Assembly: GCA_963665845.2 (NCBI GenBank)
Contig: OY762492.1
Span: 1,664,001-1,728,000 of the forward strand
Direction: 5' to 3'
Origin: Candidatus Poribacteria bacterium
GTDB taxonomy: Bacteria > Poribacteria > WGA-4E > GCA-2687025
DNA: 64,000 bases
Shown: positions 58,974 through 64,000 of the stretch, piece by piece
How positions within the stretch are numbered: position 1 is the stretch's first letter
How the letters are laid out: every line of letters starts with the position of its first letter
The notes under the pieces: generated by a model
Seen by the model: the letters and a program-made list of their open reading frames with translations, nothing else
Database searches by the model: none
Told to the model about the DNA's origin: nothing
Program-made: the position numbers and the translations under genes

Positions 58974-59641
58974 TGCGCAGCGTTTTTTCACGAGGTCCTC
59001 TGATCATAATTGCGGCAGGCGTTGCAGTTCTTGCGATTGCGGCGGCGATTCTTTTTAAAAAGGGCGGCGAACAGGCTGCAGATATAGACGGGCAAGAACG
59101 CAGCATTTCGCAGCCAACCCGCCCGCCTGTCATGGACGAAGAAGGCGTTTCTGAAGAAACATCCCAGCAGCCAACCGCTCCATCATCGGAAGCGGCGAAA
59201 GAGGCGCAGCAGGAGGAAAACGACATCGCCGCGACCGACCCAATCGCGATGGAGCTGCGGGAGAATGTCGCGGCGACAAAAGAATGGCTGGAGGCGTTCA
59301 AGGCTGAATTTCCTGACGTCCCATGGGTGGAAGAATACGCTGAGATATACTTGAAGAATGTGGTTGCCGTGCAGACACACTATGCATCGCTGTTGCGTGA
59401 AGACATCCCAGAAGAGGAACTCTTTAAGCGCATCGTTGATTTTATCTTTGATCTCCGCGCTAAGACGGAGCCTGACTTGCAACGCAATTCGAAACGCCAA
59501 GATGAGTTTGAGCGAGAGCATACGGAGCGCGCCTTGGATGTTCACGACTACACCCATACCTACCCGCCGCCGGATCCGCCGCCGCTCTTTACTGAAAAAA
59601 CGGAACCCTACTACCGCGAGAAGATGGGTCTGGGGCAGTAA
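58970..59641 (+). CDS. Hypothetical membrane-anchored protein
   Basis: ATGA overlap, N-terminal TM, linker, helical domain. Confidence 0.65.
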   Translation: MMRSVFSRGPLIIIAAGVAVLAIAAAILFKKGGEQAADIDGQERSISQPTRPPVMDEEGVSEETSQQPTAPSSEAAKEAQQEENDIAATDPIAMELRENVAATKEWLEAFKAEFPDVPWVEEYAEIYLKNVVAVQTHYASLLREDIPEEELFKRIVDFIFDLRAKTEPDLQRNSKRQDEFEREHTERALDVHDYTHTYPPPDPPPLFTEKTEPYYREKMGLGQ

Positions 59642-59747
59642 GCGCAAAATAAACGCCCCGCCCGCAGCCGACTTAGAATCCAAAAAATCGCAAAATGCGC
59701 TAAAATGATCCTCCCCTACGCAACAAATAACGTAGAGGAGATGAACT

Positions 59748-61100
59748 ATGAACGCATCCGACAAGTTCGATTTTGACGAAGCCGTCCTCGCCCAGATGGA
59801 GAATATCCGGCGGGTCGCCCGCCGTTTTCTGCGCAACCGCGAGGAAGTGGACGACCTCGTCCAGGAAACCATTCTGAAAGCGTATGCGGGCAGGCATCGC
59901 CTCCGCGACGAGACGAAATTCGACCGCTGGATCGCCGGCATCGCCCGCAACACAGCGCGCGAATGGAACCGCCGCGCCTTTTACCGAAATGAGCGCGAAG
60001 AGCCGATGGACGAGCTGCCCGACATACCCGATGAGCGAACGCCGCATGACGCCCTAGAAGAAAAGGAGGAGCGGGAGCAGCTCCACAGGGCGATGGGGCG
60101 GCTCAACGAGGATGACCGGGAAATGCTGCGCGCCCGTTATTTTGATGAAGCCTCCTATGGGGAGCTTCAAGAGAAGCATGGGCTGTCCTATTCGGCGGTC
60201 GGCTTTCGCCTGCATCGGGCGAAGGCGCGTCTTCGCAAGCTGCTCACATCAACCGCCGCCGCGTTCGCTGCCGCCTTTGCCGGCTTTGGACGCGCGGCAT
60301 GGGGAGGAATACTGCTGATGTCTCAAACTACGAAAATCGCTGTCGGCGCTGCTGTCGCCGCGGCGGGAATTCTGATTGGCGGGTATCTCTGGCTCAACGC
60401 CGGCGCCGAGCCTGAATCTGCCGAGAGCGCCTTGACCATCGAAGAGCAAAGCCCGCGTTTGAAACCGCTCTCCGCCGTGAAATCGACCGGCGGCGAGAGC
60501 GCGTCCGGCAGCGCAAACACTCAACCTGAAGCTGTCCAAGTCGACAGCGAAGCGTCCGCCGCGGCGCTGATCTCCAACGCCGATCAGGAAACGGCGGCGA
60601 TGGCGTCCGTTGAAACGGAAACGGAAGAAGACGCCGCCGAGGAGGCGGACAAGCAAGCGGCAATCGACACTTTCAATGCGTTTCAGGACGCAATGTCAAC
60701 GTTCGATTTAGAAACTGCGCTCAGCATGGCGCGCGGCGAGGCGTATGAGTCCCTAAGTCTGTTTGCGCAGCTAATTGATCAGGCAGACAATCTCAAGGTC
60801 CAACCGCCGGAGGAACCGCCGGTCAACAAGTTTATCTATGCGGACGGCGAGCTGCGCGTCGTCAGCGGCGGCGACGGCGGCAACGGTCTCGGCCTCACTC
60901 CCACCATCCTGCGCAAAACGGGCGACAAATGGTATGTGGAATCGATGCCTGTCGGCATTTCCACCTCCAAAACGGTCAAGGACGAACATGGGAACGTTCT
61001 GGACCATGTCGAAACTGGGACCCTTCCCTTGACTGCTGAAAGCCTTGATGTGATCACGGAAGTCTCGGAAATCCCGGGGGTGGACTCGACCTCGGAATAA
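59748..61100 (+). CDS. TM-fused ECF sigma factor (4 of 5)
   Basis: DDLVQETILKAY, region 4, TM; C-terminal domain homologous to copies 2 and 5. Confidence 0.88.
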   Translation: MNASDKFDFDEAVLAQMENIRRVARRFLRNREEVDDLVQETILKAYAGRHRLRDETKFDRWIAGIARNTAREWNRRAFYRNEREEPMDELPDIPDERTPHDALEEKEEREQLHRAMGRLNEDDREMLRARYFDEASYGELQEKHGLSYSAVGFRLHRAKARLRKLLTSTAAAFAAAFAGFGRAAWGGILLMSQTTKIAVGAAVAAAGILIGGYLWLNAGAEPESAESALTIEEQSPRLKPLSAVKSTGGESASGSANTQPEAVQVDSEASAAALISNADQETAAMASVETETEEDAAEEADKQAAIDTFNAFQDAMSTFDLETALSMARGEAYESLSLFAQLIDQADNLKVQPPEEPPVNKFIYADGELRVVSGGDGGNGLGLTPTILRKTGDKWYVESMPVGISTSKTVKDEHGNVLDHVETGTLPLTAESLDVITEVSEIPGVDSTSE

Positions 61101-61530
61101 GGCGCATCGCGGCGCGGGCGGGGCTGCGTAAACCTACTCCGCCTGCGCTCCTGCGCAAGATGGGGCAGTCTTAACTCTTGGGGATTATACGCTGCGCGAT
61201 CCTTATTACAGAGCAGAATGAAAATGCCAAATCGCTCCCCTGTCCGCGTATATACGCTATACTCTTACGGACACAGCAACTGGAGCAGTAATATGCAACG
61301 CATCCGACCACCTCTCCCCGCCACCTCTCCCCGCCACCTCCCGTCTCGCCCATAAGGCTAGTCTGAAACGCCGGGCGTTTCAAGTTTTTTCAGCCTCCGC
61401 TTGCGCCCTTGCGCGCTCCGAAGACGCCCGTTATTGGGTACTGCCAATCTTCGCTTTTTCAAAATCTAAAATTGAAAATGCGCTAAAACATCTCTCCTTT
61501 ACGCAACAAACAACGTAGGGGAGATGAACA

Positions 61531-62880
61531 ATGAGCTTATCCGACAAGTTCGACTTTGACGCAGCCGTCCTATCGCAGATGGAGAATATCCGGCAGGTCG
61601 CGCGCCGCTGTCTACACAACCAAAATGAGATCGACGACCTGGTCCAAGAAACTGTTCTGAAAGCGTACGCCGGCAGGGACAGCCTCCGCGACGAGAAAAA
61701 ATTCAACCGCTGGATCGCCGGCATCGCCTACAAGACGGCGCTGGACTGGAACCGCAACGCGCTTTACCAAAATGAGCGCGAAGCGCCGATGGACGAGCTG
61801 ATCGAACTGCCCGACTTTAGAACGCTCCGCTTTACATCGCTCCACGACGCCCTAGAAGAAGCGGAGGAGCGGGAACAGCTCCACACGGCGATGGGGCGGC
61901 TCAACAGCGAAGATCGGGAGATGCTGCGCGCCCGTTATTTTGACGAGGCGTCCTATGGCGAGCTTCAACAGAAATACGGGCTCTCCTATTCGGCGGTCGG
62001 CTTTCGTCTGCATCGGGCGAAGGCGCGCCTGAAAAAGATACTCACATCAACCGCCGCAATGTTGATTGTCCTCTTCGCGGGCATGAAACGCGCGGCATGG
62101 GGAGGAACACTGCTCATGGCTAAAACAACGAAAATCGCCGCCGCCGCGTCTGCAGCCGCCGCGGCGGGAATCTTGATTGGCGGATACATCTGGCTCAACA
62201 ACGCCGGCGCCGAATCTGAATCTGCTGTCCGCGCGTGGACGGTCGAAGAGCAAAGCCCGCGCGTGAGGCCGCTTTCCGCGGTGAAATCGACCGGCGCCAA
62301 GAGCGCGCCCGACAGCCTGACCGTTCAACCTGAAACCGTCCAGATCGACAACGAAGCGCCCGCGGCTCCGATCTCCAACGCCGACCATGAAACGACGGCA
62401 ATGGCGTCCGTTGAAGCGGAAACGCAAGAAGACGCCGAGGAGGCGGAGAAACAAGCGGCCATCGATTCCTTCAATACGTTTCAGGACGCCATGACGGCGT
62501 TCGATTTTGAAGCAGCGCTCAGCATGGCGCGCGGCGAAGCGCATGAAACCCTAAGCCTGTTTGCGCAACTGCTTGACCAAGCGGACAATTTCACGGTCAT
62601 ACCGCCGGAGAAACCGCCGGTCAACCAGTTTATTTATGCGGACGGCGAGCTGCGCGTCGTCAGCGACGGCGGTCTCGGTCTCCCGACCATCCTGCGCAAA
62701 ACGGACGGACAATGGTATGTGGAATCGATGCCCGCCGGCATTTCCACCTCCAAAACGATCAAGGACGAATATGGGAACGTTCTGGACCATTTCGACACCG
62801 GGACGCTTCCTTTGAGCGCTGAAAGCCTTGACCTGATCGAGGAAATCGCGGTTGAAAACGCTGACCCTGTCTCAAAATAA
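61531..62880 (+). CDS. TM-fused ECF sigma factor (5 of 5)
   Basis: As copy 4. Confidence 0.88.
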   Translation: MSLSDKFDFDAAVLSQMENIRQVARRCLHNQNEIDDLVQETVLKAYAGRDSLRDEKKFNRWIAGIAYKTALDWNRNALYQNEREAPMDELIELPDFRTLRFTSLHDALEEAEEREQLHTAMGRLNSEDREMLRARYFDEASYGELQQKYGLSYSAVGFRLHRAKARLKKILTSTAAMLIVLFAGMKRAAWGGTLLMAKTTKIAAAASAAAAAGILIGGYIWLNNAGAESESAVRAWTVEEQSPRVRPLSAVKSTGAKSAPDSLTVQPETVQIDNEAPAAPISNADHETTAMASVEAETQEDAEEAEKQAAIDSFNTFQDAMTAFDFEAALSMARGEAHETLSLFAQLLDQADNFTVIPPEKPPVNQFIYADGELRVVSDGGLGLPTILRKTDGQWYVESMPAGISTSKTIKDEYGNVLDHFDTGTLPLSAESLDLIEEIAVENADPVSK

Positions 62881-63120
62881 GGCGCAACCGCGGCGCGACA
62901 TCCGATTCCCCCTTGAAAAGGGGGGCTAGGGGGGTTTAAGGGCGCAAGCGGCGGCTAAGATTCCCGCTTACGCGGGAATGACAGAAAGGAGAGGCGCGGA
63001 AATGACAGAGCGGAGGGGCGCGGGAATGACGAGGAGGGGCGCGGGAATGACGAGGAGGGGCGCGGGCAACGGCTGCATAAGCCGACTCGTCCGCGCTTCA
63101 TTCTGTCGCATTATCCCGCC

Positions 63121-64000
63121 TCATTCTACCGCAAGCCGCGCCCATTTGATCGTATTCGCGCGCGGGCTGCCTTGATGCGAGCTGTAGACAACATGCAGCG
63201 ATTCGTCCGCCGCCTGAATGATGGACGGGTAGGAGCTGCGCGCCCCTTCGTCCTGTTCAAGATGCAGCGTTTGCGTCCATGACGCCCCCTCATCCTCCGA
63301 AAACGAAACGGCAAGGCTGTGCCGCTCCCGCTCTGTGTCGTTATACGCCAACGCCCACCGCCCGTCCGACAGCGTGACGACATCCGCGCCCGACCCTGGA
63401 TTCGGCAGCTCCGAGTCGATCACGCCGCTCCATGTCATGCCGTTGTCGGTCGATTCGGCGTAGTGCAGCCGTTTCGGGGGAGGTCCGTTGTCGCGCATAT
63501 AGGCGGCGAGCGTTCCGTCCGCTTTGACGGCAATGCTTGGCTGAATGCTTCCCGCGCCGACCAGCGGCTCGCTGAACTGCCATGTTTCGCCGCTGTCGTC
63601 CGAGATCGCCATGAGCGAAAAGCTGAACCCGTCCGAATAGAGCGGCAGGATGAGACGCCCGCCGTTCACCTCGCCGTTCACCCCGCCGTTCACAATGACC
63701 GCCTTATTTTTTGTTTGCCAGCCCATGCGCCGAAAATACGGGTAGCCGATGTAGGTCGGCGTTTCGGTACCGTCCTTGTTTTTTAAAATGCCGCGGCGCG
63801 TCATCGGTTCGCCGGCGGCGTTGGCGATCATCCGCGCGCTCCATTCTTTCCATCGGGTCTGCAGTTCAGGGTCGCCCCCCAGCCGCTTTCCGTACGATTC
63901 CGCTTGCCGCTTCACCGACATTAAAAAGCGGTCGTTTGGCTGAACGCCTTTCTGCGCCGGGCTGCCGGGCTTCACAAAAATGGTCTTCTGCCAGTCCCAT
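63121..64000 (-). CDS. Sialidase-family (BNR/Asp-box) protein, 5' part outside the window
   Basis: SDDSGETW, STDNGMTW, SEDEGASW Asp-boxes; SYPSIIQ. Confidence 0.85.
   Translation of the reverse strand, partial: WDWQKTIFVKPGSPAQKGVQPNDRFLMSVKRQAESYGKRLGGDPELQTRWKEWSARMIANAAGEPMTRRGILKNKDGTETPTYIGYPYFRRMGWQTKNKAVIVNGGVNGEVNGGRLILPLYSDGFSFSLMAISDDSGETWQFSEPLVGAGSIQPSIAVKADGTLAAYMRDNGPPPKRLHYAESTDNGMTWSGVIDSELPNPGSGADVVTLSDGRWALAYNDTERERHSLAVSFSEDEGASWTQTLHLEQDEGARSSYPSIIQAADESLHVVYSSHQGSPRANTIKWARLAVE

Noticed and set aside
61171-61383. Small Cys-containing ORF on the minus strand between sigma genes
   Set aside because: No convincing RBS or homology; cannot be supported.

Overview
GC-rich bacterial chromosomal window, probably Candidatus Poribacteria or a relative. 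That is inferred from the WD40/TPR expansions, LamG proteins with a C-terminal VxxxGKLAxxWGxLK motif and TM-fused ECF sigma factors. Housekeeping genes (dapB, tRNA-Asn, rho-rpmE-chrA-like-prfA-prmC, comM/yifB) lie around a defence-rich region (about 7.3-41.3 kb). This region holds a Type III R-M pair, a PLD-SNF2 helicase plus a type IIG-like methyltransferase, an AAA/DUF3226-like pair, two more methyltransferases and several toxin-antitoxin cassettes. An array of five membrane-anchored ECF sigma factors lies at 52-63 kb. Most notable: (1) a four-helix-bundle (23S-IVS/Avd-like) gene, bracketed by a 30-bp heptamer-built inverted repeat, is nested in the +1 frame inside the still-open Type III mod gene. 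(2) Antitoxins of three unrelated TA families all carry a TPR or helical module in place of the usual DNA-binding domain, and one is a recombinant that swaps antitoxin tails. (3) Two different IS1595 elements sit at the same site in one REP-like palindrome family. (4) Orphan copies of gene ends mark cassette gain and loss. (5) The sigma array has a conserved upstream motif and a conserved internal SD-ATG. (6) There is an unexplained 79-bp tandem repeat. Family assignments come from motif recognition, not database searches.
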